Below are positions 1 to 18,331 of a DNA stretch of 64,000 nt, piece by piece. Position 1 is the first letter of the stretch. The number at the start of each line of letters is the position of its first letter. The stretch comes from the human T2T-CHM13v2.0 reference genome, Homo sapiens. Location of the stretch: NCBI RefSeq assembly GCF_009914755.1, contig NC_060930.1; one strand, given 5' to 3'. The notes beneath the pieces are model-generated. The model was not told the origin of the DNA and did not search any database. It saw nothing but the letters and a program-made list of their open reading frames with translations. Both the position numbers and the translations under genes were made by a program.

Positions 1-183
1 CATTTTGATTACATTGGGGACATCTGGATAATCCAGATAATCTCATTGTTTTAAGGCCAGGTGATTAGCACATTAAATCCACGTGCAGATTTAATTTCTC
101 CTCGCTATATAACATAACATATTTATAGTTTCTGGGGAGTGGGACGCGGACATTTTTGAGGGGCCATTTGTCTGTCTACCACA
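1..183 (-). mobile_element. MLT1-family (MaLR) LTR, 5' part; continues beyond window start
   Basis: Reverse complement reads tgtggtagacagacaaatggcccctcaaaaatgtcc...gagattatctggattatccagatgtccccaatgtaatca, typical of the MLT1C/D/E 5' end. Confidence 0.75.
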
Positions 184-436
184 TCATTTCAACTAATTTT
201 TAGTTTTTCTGTCCTGTGAATCTATGAGATAATGTCTTGTTAAGCCTGACTTGTTATGAAGGAATGAGACAGGTTTCAGGGAGGTAAGTGGGTCTGAAGT
301 TTGCCATAATTTATGGCATCCTCTTAGCATCCCATAAAAATTCTACCTGCCTCTGAACCACTGAATGTATATGACACTGATTGTTCTTTGCAACCAGGCT
401 GTAGCTAGAGATCATCACTTCAATAGTTTGGTTCCT

Positions 437-746
437 GACCAGGTATGATGGCTCATGCCTGTGATCCCAGCATTTAGGAGGCCAAGGCAGGAGGATTGCT
501 TGCATCCAGCAGTTCCAGACTAACCTAGTCAACATGTTAAGATCCTGTCTCTACAAAAAATAAAAAACTAGCTAGGTGTTTTGGTATGCTCCTGCAGTCC
601 CAGCTACTCAACGACACTGAAGTGCAGATCGCTTGAGCCTAGGAGATTGAGGCTGTAGTGAGCTGTGATCACGCCACTGCACTCAACTTGGGTGATAAAA
701 TGAGGCCCCCGCACCGTCTCTCTCTTTCAAAAAACAAACAAAAAAA
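437..746 (+). mobile_element. AluJ (diverged)
   Basis: Dimeric Alu with J-type ggaggattgcttg and gaggctgtagtgagctgtgatc; degenerate A tail; diverged TSD aatagtttggttcct/aaaagcttgattcct. Confidence 0.9.
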
Positions 747-2921
747 GCTTGATTCCTGGTATTATTGAAATAGCAGGAAATTTTCAAGATCATCAGATGC
801 TGTAAGGTTACCAGTTATTGGAATGAAATTTCAGAGCATGGGCAGAACTCATTCAGGATACTTAAGCAGTTTCACACATGTTGGTACCTGTCATTTGATA
901 GTCTGTGTTTAGCCTTATCAAGTCTACATGAGACCGTTCCTTAAGGACAAAATGGACATTACATTGCTCCCTTGCCTTTAATATCACTGTGCTGAACATA
1001 GGAGAATGTTAGAAAGAGTGAAGTCTGCCCAGTCCCCCTTGTGTCTGACTTTCAGTGACCAAAAGCACACTGTAAAGGCATTGTACGTGTTGTTCTAAAA
1101 CAAAGCATAACTCTACTCATCAGCCAGAGAAAACTCTGGTTTATGACTCGTAATAAATCATTTTTTTTCCAAACAGACTTACCAATGTTCTTTTAAAACA
1201 TTTTTACTAGAATATTTATGTTCTCAACTTTCAACATCAAAAGTATTTTATAAGCCCAGTCTGAAATGGAGGAGTGAGTGGCAAAGCATACTCTCTCCCC
1301 AACAAACAATAATCGAACTTGGGAAAATTACAGAAACAATCACATAAAGTATTTGGATATTGTTCTATGGGCATATAGAAAATGGAGAAATATTCATTCA
1401 AAAAATCTACTAAATCTTGATAAGGATTGTAGAGTTTGTGACATTTGAACGACAGCATACTCCATTCCTCTTTTTTTTCACCCTCTCCATCTTATGAAAA
1501 CTGCCCCCAGGGAACCCTAATTCTGGGACCTGTGGGGAGAGGGAGCCCCATCATCTTTTGGCTTGTGAAGAGTAGGCTGTTTGCTTTTTTCATCTTCCTC
1601 AGCCTTGTAATGCAGAAGCTTTATTGTAGGCAAGTGTGGCTGACAGGACCAGGTCTCTATTCCCCTACACAAGCTTCATTCATAGTATAGAAGCTGTACT
1701 CAATCATGCCATGCCAGTCACACAAGAATGCTCCAATAGCTCCTGCCCCAGCTCACTTATAAGGTGAAGAATTCACTCTGGGAGAGGCAAGTCAAGAAGA
1801 CAAGGGACCATTATATCATGTCCCCAGTGAGTGCATCACACTCACTCATGCACCAGAAATATCACTCTGTAGAGGCAGGCCACTGTCTGCCTCCAGCTTT
1901 TATGCAGTGGCACAGAGATTCTATTCAGAAGGAGAGATATGTCTTAAGGACAAAGAGCTCTGTAGCTCTACCTGAGGAGAATGACTTTAAGTGGAAAAAA
2001 GTATGGAACATTTCATGTTTTAAAAGGTGTTGTCTAAATTAATGGAGATTTTGCTGTAAAGTAATTAAAAGGGCTCTCTTAGCTCCATAATGCAAGTAGA
2101 AAATGCAAAATGACAGAGAGATCAGAAGTTTGACAGAGAAAACCAGAAAAAGAGACATTCAGGAAGAGCTCTCCTGGGATTACAGTGAATCCTGTGGGTA
2201 AGAAGTGCTATGTGAATACTCTAGACATCACCCATTTATAAGCAACAGAGCAGGGGGTGAAACAGACTTGGACATGTTTCTCAAGCAGCATACAGATCAA
2301 TCAACAAAGAGCAGAGCTTCATTGGCAGTAGAGGCTTAAGGACCAACCTGATCAACCACTGATTGAATTATAAGCTACACTTACCTGGGAGCAACTCCTA
2401 GGAAGACAGTTTTAACAATAAAATAGCACTCATTCTTTGCAGTGTGGACTATTTGCATGCCCCAAACTGTGTCTTCTCAGGAATTATCAGAGGGGTAAAA
2501 TCAAAGCTATTAATCCCTGGTTGAACATGGGGCAGAGGCTTAAACTTGAACTATGATAGTGGCCTCCAAGCCACACACACATGCAATGGTAAAGTGTAAA
2601 AATCTAACTGGCGAAAGGAACTTAAGTACGACTTTTAATAATAAGTGGCTTATACTGTCCCAGAGGCAACCTCTAGGCAGCCAGGCTAGAAGATAGAAAG
2701 AATATCTGATAGGGACATCAGAGGCTTGGAGGGAATATAGATGTTCACAGGACCAGTTCAGCCAACTCATTGAACAAGTAAATAAAGCACTAAGCAAACA
2801 GCAGAAAAATCAACCCATGGTGGCAGTAGTGTGTGAGTGTGTGTGTGGTGGGAATCAGGATTCAGAAGCTGTTACCATATATCACTTAAAATTTTCAGCC
2901 AAAAATCATGACACATGCAAA

Positions 2922-2995
<74 letters not shown>
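2922..2995. repeat. (TA)n microsatellite
   Basis: Visible TA/TACA run. Confidence 0.95.
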
Positions 2996-3258
2996 CGGTA
3001 ACCCATACACCAGAAAAAAAGCAGGCAGCTAATACTGCTTTTGAAGGGGTCCAGAGGTGGGACTTAACAGGCAAAGACCTGAAAATAGCCATTATAAACA
3101 TATGCAAAAAACAAGAGAAGACCATGCATAAGTTATCAAAGAAAGATGTGATGACAATGTTACAAAATAGAATATAAGTAAAAAGATAAAAATTGTATAT
3201 TTTAAAAAGCCAAATGGAAATTCTGGAGTTAAAAAGTGAAGCAACCAAATAAAACATT

Positions 3259-3620
<362 letters not shown>

Positions 3621-5932
3621 CTACTTCTAGTATTAGAGATTATGCAATTTGAAAAACAAAGAGTAAAAGGAATGTAGGAAAATGAACAGATCGTCAAAGA
3701 AATATTTGATACCATTAAGCACACTGACGAAGGCATAATAGGAGTACCAGATGAAGAAAAGAGAGAGAAAGGGACAGAAAAATTTTAAAGAAATAATGGC
3801 TGCAGACTTAAATTTGATGAAAAACATTAATCTACACATTCAAGAACTTCACACAGAATAAATGCAAAGATATGCATATCCATACAAAGTCGTACATAAT
3901 ATGTTGAAAACCAAGGACAAAGAGAAAAATACAAAGGGAAACAATACAAACAAACAAATAAACAAAAAACCTCATTAAGTACAAGAAAACCACAATAGGT
4001 AACAGTTGATTTCTCTTCAGAAATAATGCAGAACAAAAAGGCAATGGATAACATTTGGAAATGCTGTAAGTGAAATACTGCCAATAAAGAACCATATATA
4101 TATATATATATGAAAACTAGTTTTCAAAAATAAAAGTGAAACAAAGACATTCCCAGAAAACAAAAAGCTGTGAGAATTTGTTGCTAACAGACCTGACTTA
4201 CTAAAGGGAGCTCTTCTGCCGGAAAGCAAGTTACAACAGACATTAATTTTAATCCACACACACAAAAGAGTGCCAGTGAAGGCAATTATGTAGGTAATTA
4301 TAAAACAGCATATAATTGCATATTTCTTCTCTTATCTTAAAGAGAAACTACAAAATTTGATGAAACAATATATAATTATACATTTGGACTCATAGAAATG
4401 TAATTTTCTATTGTGAAATAACCTTTGACAATAAGAGCTCACAGGATGCAAGTGGAAGCAAAGTTCTGTTGGAGTAGAGAAATGGCACCAAATGGTAATT
4501 CAAATTCACAGAAAGAAATGAAGAGAATCAAAATTAGTAATTAAACAAGTTAATTTAACAAACATTTTATGTTAATAATTATATACTTGTTCTCCTTTAT
4601 TCTCTCAGCTTCTTTAAGACACAAGATTACTTAAAGAAATATTTTAACAATGTATTGTTGCGTTTATAACATATATAGATATAACAGGTATAACAATAAT
4701 AACACAGTTAAAGGGGTCATAAATGGAGCTATGTAAGAGTAAACTTTCTTTATTTCACTATAATTAACTTATATACATCTGAAGTAGGTTATAAGTTATC
4801 ATGTATGTTGAAAGCCCTAGATACAACAAAAAGAAAATAATTTATTAATATGTTATTAAAAATTCTCAGAGAAATACAAATATTATGGAGAAAATATCCA
4901 TTTAATGTAAAAAAGGCAGTAAAAAAGAACAGAACAAGAAAGACATGAGACTTATAGAAAACAAAAAGCAAAATGGCAGGTGTAAATCAAAACATGTCAA
5001 TAATAATAATAGCTGTAAATGGATTAAACAACCCATTCAAAAGACAGAGATTAGAGGTTGGGTGAAAAAAAAATCCAAATTTGTGCTATCTACAGGTTAC
5101 ATACTTTAGATTCAAAGATACAAATAAGCTGAAAGTAAAAGAGTGGAAAAAGATACATCATGAAAACAGCAACCATAAGAGAACTGGAGTGGCTATACTA
5201 ATATCAGACAAAATAACTTTACAACAAAAATGTTACTAGAAACAAAAGGGTTATTTCAAAATTAAAAATTAAATCCATGAGGAAGATGTAAAAATTATAA
5301 ACACATATGCCTCTAAAAACAGAGCCCCCCAAAATGCATGAGGCAAAACTGATAAAATTGAAGGAAGAAATAAATAATTTTAAAATGATAGTTGGAGACT
5401 TCCATAATTCAGTTGCAATAACAGGTAGACAGGAGATCAATAAGAACATAAAATATTTGAACAAAACTATGAACCAACTAGATATAACAGATATTTATAG
5501 AAGATTCTACCCAACAATAGCAAAACACACATTTTTTTCAAGTGCATATTGAACACACTACACGATAGACCATATGCTAGGCTATAAAACAAGCCTCAGT
5601 AAATATAGAAAGAATAAAATTATACAAACTATGTTTTCCAAATGCATTGTATTAAATTAGAAGGCAATAATAAAATTAAATTTTAAAAATCACAAAAATG
5701 TAAAAATTAAACAACATATTACTAAACAATTGGTCAATAAATAAATCATAAGGGAAATTAGAAAGTTTCTTCTGATGAATAAAAATACAACACAATGTGC
5801 CACAACTTATGGGATACAGCTACAGCTAAAGCAGTACACAGAGGAAAATTTACAACATGCCTATGTTAAAAAAGAAAAAAAAAAAACCTCAAGTCAATAA
5901 CCTACCCTTCCACCTTAAAAAGACGTGAAGCT

Positions 5933-6952
5933 GAGATTCCATTCCAAGATGGCCAAATAGGAACATCTCCAGTCTGCAGCTCCCAGTGTGATCGGCGCAG
6001 AAGATGGGTGATTTCTGCATTTCCAACTGAGGAACCTGGTTCATCTCACTGGGACTGGTTGGACAGTAGGTGCAGCCCATGAAGGGTGAGCTGAAGCAGG
6101 GCAGGGCATCACCTCACCCAGGAAGCGCAAGGGGCCAGGGGATTTCCCTTCCCTAGCCAAGGAAAGCCGTGACAGACGGTACCTGGAAAAACAAGACACT
6201 CCCGCCCAAATACTGTGCTTTTCCAACGGTCTTAGCAAATGGCACACCAGGAGATTATATGCCATGCCTGGCTGGGCAGATGCCACACCCACAGAGCCTT
6301 GCTCACTGCTAGCACAGCAGTCTGAGATTGACCTGCGCAGCAGCCTGGCAGGGGGAGGGGCGTCTGCCATTGCTGAGGCTTGAGTAGGTAAACAAAGCAG
6401 TCAGGGAAGCTCAAACTGGCAGGGTCCACCGCAGCTCAGCAAGGCCGGCTGCCTCTGTAGTCTCCACCTCTGGGGGCAGGGCATAGCTGAACAAAAGGCA
6501 GCAGAAACTTCTGCAGACTTAAATGCCCCTGTCTGACAGCTCTGAGGAGAGCAGTGGTTCTCCCAGCACAGTGTTTGAACTTGGAGAACAGACAGATTGC
6601 CTCCTCAAGTAGGTCCCTGACCCCTGGGTAGCCTAACTGGGAGACACCTCCCAGTACAGGCTGACTGACACCTCATACAGGCAGGTGCCCCTCTGGGACA
6701 AAGCTTCCAGAGGAAGGATCAGGCAGCAATATTTGCTGTTCTGCAGCCTCCACTAGTGATACCCAGGCAAATGGGGTCTGGAGTGGACCTCCAGCAAACT
6801 TCAACAGACCTGCAGCGGAGGGACCTGGCTGTTAGAGGGAAAACTAACAAACAGAAAGAAATAGCATCAACATCAACAAAAAGGACATCCACAACAAAAT
6901 CGCATCTGTAGGTCACCAACATCAAAGACCAAAGGTAGATAAAACCACAAAG
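5933..6952 (+). promoter_or_regulatory. L1 5' UTR with internal sense and antisense promoters; YY1 site CAAGATGGCC at 5945-5954
   Basis: Position in the element and intact YY1 motif; many CpGs decayed; activity unknown. Confidence 0.7.
6041..6370 (-). CDS. LINE-1 antisense ORF0 homologue, open for 109 aa
   Basis: MADAPPPA...ISDCCASS...SVGV matches the primate L1 ORF0 N-terminus; start context gcaATGG; translation not demonstrated. Confidence 0.6.
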   Translation of the reverse strand: MADAPPPARLLRRSISDCCASSEQGSVGVASAQPGMAYNLLVCHLLRPLEKHSIWAGVSCFSRYRLSRLSLAREGKSPGPLRFLGEVMPCPASAHPSWAAPTVQPVPVR

Positions 6953-7971
6953 GTGGGGAGAAGCCTGAGGAGAAAATGTGAAAATTCTAAAAACCAGAGC
7001 ACCTTTTCTCCTCCAAAAGATCACAGCTCCTTGCCAGCAACAGAACAAACCTGGATGGAGAATGACTTTGAAGAGCTGACAGAAGTAGGCTTCAGAAGGT
7101 CAGTAATAACAAACTTCTCTGAGCTAAAGGAGGATGCTTGAACCCAGCACGAGGAAGCAAAAAACCATGAAAAAAATTTAGATGAGTGGCTAACTAGAAT
7201 AAACAGTGTAGGGAAGACACTAAATGACCAGATGGAGCTGAAAACCATGGCATGAGAACTACGTGACACATGCACAAGCTTCAGTAGCCGATTTGATTAA
7301 GTGGAAGAAAAGGTATCAGTGATTGAAGATCAAATTAATGAAATAAAGCAAGAAGAGAAGTTTAGAGAAAAAAAAGAGTAAAAAGAAATGAACAAAGCCT
7401 CCAAGAAATATGGGACTATGTGAAAAGAACAAATCTACGTTTGATTGGTGTACCTGAAAGTGACGGGGAGAATGGGAACCAAGTTGGAAAACACACTTCA
7501 GGATATTATCCAGGAGAACTTCCCCAACCTAGCAAGGCAGGTAAACATTCAAATTCAGGAAATACAGAGAACACTACAAAGATACTCCTCAAGAAGAGCA
7601 ACCCCAAGACACATAATTTCCAGATTCACCAAGGTTGAAATAAAGGGAAAAATGTTAAGGGCAGACAGAGAGAAAGGTCAGGTTATCCACAAAGGGAAGC
7701 CCATGAGACTAACAGCGGATCTCTCAGCAGAAACTCTACAAGCCATGAGAGTGGGGGCCAATATTCAACATTCTTAAAGAAAAAAATTTTCAACTCAGAA
7801 TTTCATATCCAGCCAAACTAAGCTTCATAAGTGAAGGAGAAATAAAATCCTTTACAGACAAGCAAATGCTGAGAGATTTTGTCACCTGCCTTACAAGAGC
7901 TCCTGAAGGAAGCACTAAACATGGAAAGGAACAACTGGTACCAGCCACTGCAAAAACGTGCCAAATTGTAA
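6953..7971 (+). pseudogene. L1 ORF1p, disrupted
   Basis: ATG changed to GTG; peptides WMENDFEEL and QENFPNLARQ in different frames; in-frame stops. Confidence 0.9.
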
Positions 7972-8034
7972 AGACCATCAATGCTAGGAAGAAACTGCAT
8001 TAACTAACAGGCAAAATAACCAGCTAACATCATA

Positions 8035-11876
<3,842 letters not shown>

Positions 11877-12118
11877 ACAATGAGAACACATGGACACAGG
11901 GTGGTGAACATCACACACCCGGGCCTGTCATGGGGTGGGGGGCAGGGGGAGGGATAGCATTAGGAGAAATACCTAATGTAAATGATGAGTTAATGGGTGC
12001 AGCAAACCAACATGGCTCATGTATACCTATGTAACAAACCTGCATGTTGTGCACGTGTAACCTAGAACTTAAAAGTATAAAAATTAAAAAAAAAAAGAAA
12101 AAGAAAAAAAGAAGTGAA

Positions 12119-12266
12119 GCCAGGTGCAGTGACTCACACCTGTAATTCAGACTCTTTGGGATACCAAGATGGGAGAATTGTTTGAGCTCAGGAGTTCAAG
12201 ACTAGCCTAGGCAAGATGACAAACCCCGTCTTTATAAAATAAATAAAGAAATAAATAAAAATAAAT
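12119..12266 (+). mobile_element. FLAM_C / free left Alu monomer
   Basis: Single left monomer gccaggtgcagtgactcacacctgtaat...aaaccccgtcttt followed by an AAAT-type tail. Confidence 0.85.
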
Positions 12267-12353
12267 TTAAAAAATAAAGTAAGAAAAGAAAGCTAAATCT
12301 GAAACAAAAAAATTTAAGATAATGCGTATTAGATGAGAAATTAATGAAAATAA

Positions 12354-12652
12354 GGCCAGACACAGTGGCTCACATTTGTAATCCCAGCAATTTGGGAGGC
12401 TGAGGTGGGTGAGTCCAGGAGTTTGAGACCAGACTGGGCAACAGGGTGAAACCCTGTCTCTACCAAAATTGTAAAAAGTAGCTGGGTGTGGTGGCATGTG
12501 CCTGTAGTCCCAGCTACTTGGAGGGCTGAGGTGGGGGATCGCTTGAGCACTAGAGGTTGAGGCTGAAGTGAGTCGTGATCATGTCATTGACTCCAGCCTG
12601 GGCAACAGAGCAAGACCCTTTCTAAAAAAAAAAAAAAAGAAAAGCAAAGAAC
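12354..12652 (+). mobile_element. AluJ
   Basis: J-type right arm gaggtgggggatcgcttgagc; TSD aaattaatgaaaataa/aaatgaatgaaaatag. Confidence 0.92.
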
Positions 12653-14564
12653 AAAAATGAATGAAAATAGAGTTGAAAAAAAAAGTTGGTTCTTTGAAAA
12701 GATTAACAAAATGGACAATACGCTAAGGAAAAAAGACAGAAGGCTCAAATAAGACAAAGAATAAAAGGGGGGATGTTATTAAGGACTTTTTATAAATAAT
12801 GAGGATTATAAGAAAATATATGAACAACGGTGTGCCAATGAGTTAGACACTTAGATGAAACAAATTCCTAGAAAAACACAAACTACGAAAACTGACTCAA
12901 GAAGAATTAGAAAATCTGAAGACACATAACAAAATGTTACATTAATACTGTAAAAGCTTCCCAAAAAGAAAAACCCTAGCCCAAATGGCTTCACTAGTGA
13001 AAACTGCCAAACATATAAAGAATTAATGCCAATCCTTTACAAACTCTTTGAAACAAACAAAGAAAAGGGAACACTTCCAGACTCATTTAAGGAAGCCAGG
13101 ATTACTCTGACACTAGAAGCAAGCGAAGACATCAAAATAAAATTATATATGGTTTATGAATACAGATGCAAAAGCCATTAACAAAATTCTAGGAAATTTA
13201 ATCTAGCAGGAGAAAAAAGGGATTGTACAACATGGCCAAATAGGATTTATCCCAGGAATACAAGGTTGAATTAACATATGGAAATCAATCAATCTGATTT
13301 GTTATATTAATAGAATAAAGGGCAAAACCGCATGATAATCTCAATAGATGCAGAAAATAATTTTGACAAATTAAACCCACTTTCATGATAAAACAAACTT
13401 GACAAACTAAAATTTGAAGCAAACTTTCTCAACCTGTTAAAGAACGTCTACAAAATAAAAACAAAAAGAAAACAAACAAAAAAAAACCCACAGCTAACAT
13501 CATACTTAAGGAAAAAAAGATCAAATGCTTTCCCTTTAAGTTAAGAAACAAAGCAAAAATATCTTCTCTCATCATTTTCAGTCAGCATTGTGCCAATCAA
13601 GACAATAGGCAAATATAAGAAATAAAATGTTTCCAAATTGGAAAGGAAAAAGTAAAACTATCTGTATTCATAGATGACATGACCTTTTCTACAGAAAATC
13701 TTAAGGAATTCACTTAAAAACTATTAGAGCTAATAAGTGAGTTCATCAAGGTTGCAGAATACAAGATCAATATACAAAAATCAATTGTATTTCTATCCAC
13801 TAGCAATGACAATCTGCAAATGAAATTAAGAATACAATTCCACTCACATTAGCATCAAAAACTATACAATTCCTCAGAATAAATTTAACAAATTAAGTTC
13901 AAGATGTGTGCACTGAAAACTGCACAATATTGTTGAAGAAATAACGCAACGCAATTTCTATCAAAAGCCCTACTGACTTTTTGCAGAAATTGACAAGATA
14001 AAGTTAATATGGAAATGCAAAGGACCCAGAATAGCCAAAAAAAAAAAAAAAAAAATGCTTGAAAAAGAACAAGGTTGGAGAACTTACACTTCCTGATTTT
14101 AAAACTTATTTCTGTACACAGCTGCAGTAATCAAGGCAACATATACTAGCATAAAGATAGACTTATAGGTCAATGGAGTATAATTAGAGTCCAGAAACTA
14201 ACTCTTACATTTATAATTAATTCATTTTTGACAAGAATGTCAAGACAATTCATCAGGGGAAGAACAGCCTTACTAACAAATGATGCTGGAAACAACTGAA
14301 TATCTGCAAGTCAAGGAATGAAGTTGAACTCTTTCCTTAAACAACCCACAAAAAAATTAAGTAAAAATCAATCACAGACCAAAATATAAAGATAAAACTA
14401 CACAACTCAAGGAGAAAATTTAGAAGTACATTTTCATTTACTTGGGTTAGGCAATGGTTTCTTAGATATGAAATGAAGGTACAAGTGACAAAATAACTAA
14501 TAGATAAATTGGATTACATCAAGATTAAGAACTTTCATGCTGCAAATGATACCATCAAGAAATT

Positions 14565-15233
14565 AACAGTGGTGTTGATGCTCAGTGCTACAGAGGACAA
14601 TGGCTGGAAATCCTCTTTGTTTTCCCTGGCTCCTGGAGTCCAGGGACAGCCCATAGAGCTCCTGTGCCTGGCCAGAAGCCATCATGGAAATCGTTAGTTT
14701 CACATTTTCCTGGAAGAAGGAACTGCGGGCAGAAGTGGACCGCAATGCATTTTAAACCTTGTGGAAAGAGCTAAGCTATTGAATTGCTTCTTTTGAAGGA
14801 AGGAGTGGAATTATGTAAGATATTGACACAGGAAACTTTTTTTACCCTAAATTATTGTAATGCTTCTTTCAGTACTTAATGCAAGATTTAGTGTTTATCT
14901 ATCTCTTTTACTTCATGCTTTAGCTGTAGATTGGAGTGAAATGAGCTATTCTGCCGTGCAGAACTGGCTTTCAAGGGTCAGAATAGTAGATCCAATAATT
15001 AAAATTTATGCTTTAACATTTTAGATCTGGTTATTGATATGCTTTCTCAGTAAATCTAAGAGTGTCTTTAAAAATGTAAACCCAGAGCAATTTGAAGTTT
15101 CTATTTAAACTTTATTTGCAACTCCTCTAATGAGAAGATTGAATTTATTTACAGTTAATTGTACTATTCAGATTTTTGAATGTATGAGGCAACCAAAAAA
15201 ATTCTATCTACAGTGTGCTCTTAAAAACTATAA
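14565..15233 (+). pseudogene. Unidentified retrocopy-like insert splitting L1M ORF2
   Basis: Non-L1 sequence between accatcaagaaa and atgaaaagacaacacacagaatggg, which are contiguous in L1 ORF2; GC-richer 5' part, AT-rich UTR-like 3' part, A-rich end. Confidence 0.55.
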
Positions 15234-15534
15234 GAAGAAGATGAAAAGACAACACACAGAATGGGAAACAATTATTGGTAAACCATATATCTGATAAGAG
15301 ACTGGTATCCAGAATATACAAATAACTCATACAATAATAAAAAGACAAATAACCCAATTAACAATTCACAAAGAATTTGAATTGACATTTCCTCCCCAAA
15401 ACCTATACGGATAAAAAGAAGTTCATCATAATTACTCATTAGGAAAACACAGATCTTTTCATCAGGGCATACAAACTAGAAAAATCTTGAGAGATCTTGT
15501 GATAGAATATTGATTTTTACGAATATTCTTTTAG

Positions 15535-15822
<288 letters not shown>

Positions 15823-16260
15823 TTAGGAATATTCTTTTGAGAATGGTGAGTTTTTAAGTAAGTGTGTCCTTACTTTAAACTTACTGTTCATTTCATGTTA
15901 GCATTTAGTTATATTGGAAAAGCTCATTATACCTTTTGATTATGAAGATAAAATCTCTCTTTTTCTCTCTTCTATATATACACATACATATATGTGTACC
16001 TACCTATATATCGATATAAATATGATAAGATATAAGTATATAAAATTTCTACTATAATCCAAATTTTATTCCCTAATTTTCATCAAATCTTCAGACTAAA
16101 GAGGATTTGCTAGACATAACTGGAATAAAATTTTATTTTGAAAGAACCAAAAATTTGATGATGGGAACTAGGAAAATATAGAGTATAAATGAGATTCCAT
16201 ATGATCTCATTATTTATAAAGTGTGGGAAAAATAAGGACATACTTGAATATGATGCTAAA

Positions 16261-16728
16261 TTTTTATTAATTAATTTTACTTCAATAGGTTTTTGGGGAA
16301 CAGTTGGTGTTTGGTTACATGAATAAGTGTAGTGGTGATTTCTGAGATTGTGGTGCACTCATCACCTGAGCGGTGTACACTGTACCCAATGTGTAGTCTT
16401 TTACCCCTCACCACACCCCAACCTTTCCCCCGAGTCCTCAAAGTCCAATGTATCATTTTGCGTCCTCATAGCTTAGCTCCCACATATAAGTGAGAGCATA
16501 TGATGTTTGGTTTTCCATTCCTGAGTTACTTCACTTAGAATTATGGTCTCCAATTCCATTCAGGTTACTGCAAATGCCATTATTTTGTTCCTTTTTATGG
16601 CTGAGTAGTATTCCATGGTATAAATATACCACATTTTCTTTATCCACTTGTTGATTGATGGGCATTTGGTTTGGTTTCATATTTTTGCAACTGAAAATTG
16701 TGCTGCTGTAAACATGTGTATGCAAGTA
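16261..16728 (-). mobile_element. L1PB1-like 3' fragment
   Basis: caataggtttttggggaacagttggtgtttggttacatgaataag typical of the L1PB 3' end; TSD gaatatgatgctaaa/gaatatgattctaaa. Confidence 0.88.
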
Positions 16729-17833
16729 GAATATGATTCTAAAACTAATTTAAAAGTGAAGCATGCTCTGGAAGGATATGGCATAGGCAGAATTAAAAGC
16801 AAAGGCCACTATGGTTGATAAGTATCTGTTATAAAAGAAAAAAAAATACTGTTTTTAAAACATGGAGATCTTGCCAATTATATACAAGCCTTTCTTTTTT
16901 TATTATAATAGAAAAAAGGTTTTTTTCAAGGTCTTTTCGGCAAAGTCCTCATCAAAATATAGCCAAGCCTCTCTTGCCTCCCGCTAGTATCAAATTAAAT
17001 ATTATCTAAGTTGGAAACAATAAGTGCTAAAATTATTGACTTTATTTAAGGTTTTAAAAAATCACCTTGGAATATTAGTGCTGTTCTATTTTTATCATTA
17101 AATATTACTCATTTGAATTATATATATATATAGTTAAATTTTCTACATAGAAAGCTATTTCTGTTACTGTATCATCATCAAGGGATAGAAACAGGTATTA
17201 GAATTAGGACTAATTTTTTCAACCACTGAAGACATAAAACAACTCTATATGCCTCCAGGAAATCTAGAACCCGTGATTTATAAGAATCAATATTTATGAG
17301 ACTGAGTTTTCAAAATGAGTATTCTGCTTAGGTTAATATAATGGTAGAGAGATTAGTTGTCCTCCCCAATTTCCCTACAACATTATTTAAAATTAAAAAC
17401 AATATTTAAAGATTAATTTTACTTTGGAATGGTGTTACCATCACTTATCGAATATCTTTTCTTCCTCATGAATCTTTGCTGAATTCATAAGTGGCTGAGA
17501 AAGTTTTGGTTAGAAATATAAGCTCTTCTATTTCCTAAAATTTTCAGCATACTTCTTACTTTAGAGGTAGTAAATTTCTTGCAGTAGTGCTGCATGCAGA
17601 TTAAAAGTCAGAAAAGGACTCATGTTTTTTCTTTCATCTGAGTTCCACATAGGCCAGCCTCTCAGCAATACAGATCTTAAAATCAGATGGGCAGCCAAGT
17701 CATAGCAAGTATTCAGTAATGCTTTCTGTTTCTGTATTGATTATAAAGGGTTGATTAGGCCAGGTGAAAACCTAGGCCAGTCACCCTTTCCAGATAATGA
17801 CTTTTTCCAGACAACTAATTTAATAACCAATGC

Positions 17834-17951
17834 TATATATATGGACATCATATATATATATATATATGATATATATACACACACATATACACATATATAT
17901 GTGTATATATATACATATACGTATATGTATATGTATATGTATATACATATA
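17834..17951. repeat. (TA)n/(TATG)n compound microsatellite
   Basis: Visible run. Confidence 0.92.
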
Positions 17952-18331
17952 TTCTAGGGACATCTAGCTCAGATATAAAGATTAAATTCAATCTGAAAGG
18001 TATACTGACATACTAAATACTGTATCCTGATGGGGATGTACTGAAAAGCATACAGAATCAGAAAAAAATGTATCTGGCTTGGGAGATAAACCTACTAGAG
18101 CATTATTTTGGCTGGTAGGAACTTTCTCTTTAGGTGAATGCCAGGAAAACAGTACTCTGTCTTCCAAACTCTCTTCTTCTGATTCACTATTAATATTTGA
18201 GTGATAGATTAAGTGAGCCTGAAATTTGCTCTGATCTCTACTTTGTATAATATGATTAAGCAACTAATTGTCTCTGGTCAGTGATAAACTCTTATGTTGA
18301 CCATCCCTCAACTAAATAATCTAAGAGAGAT

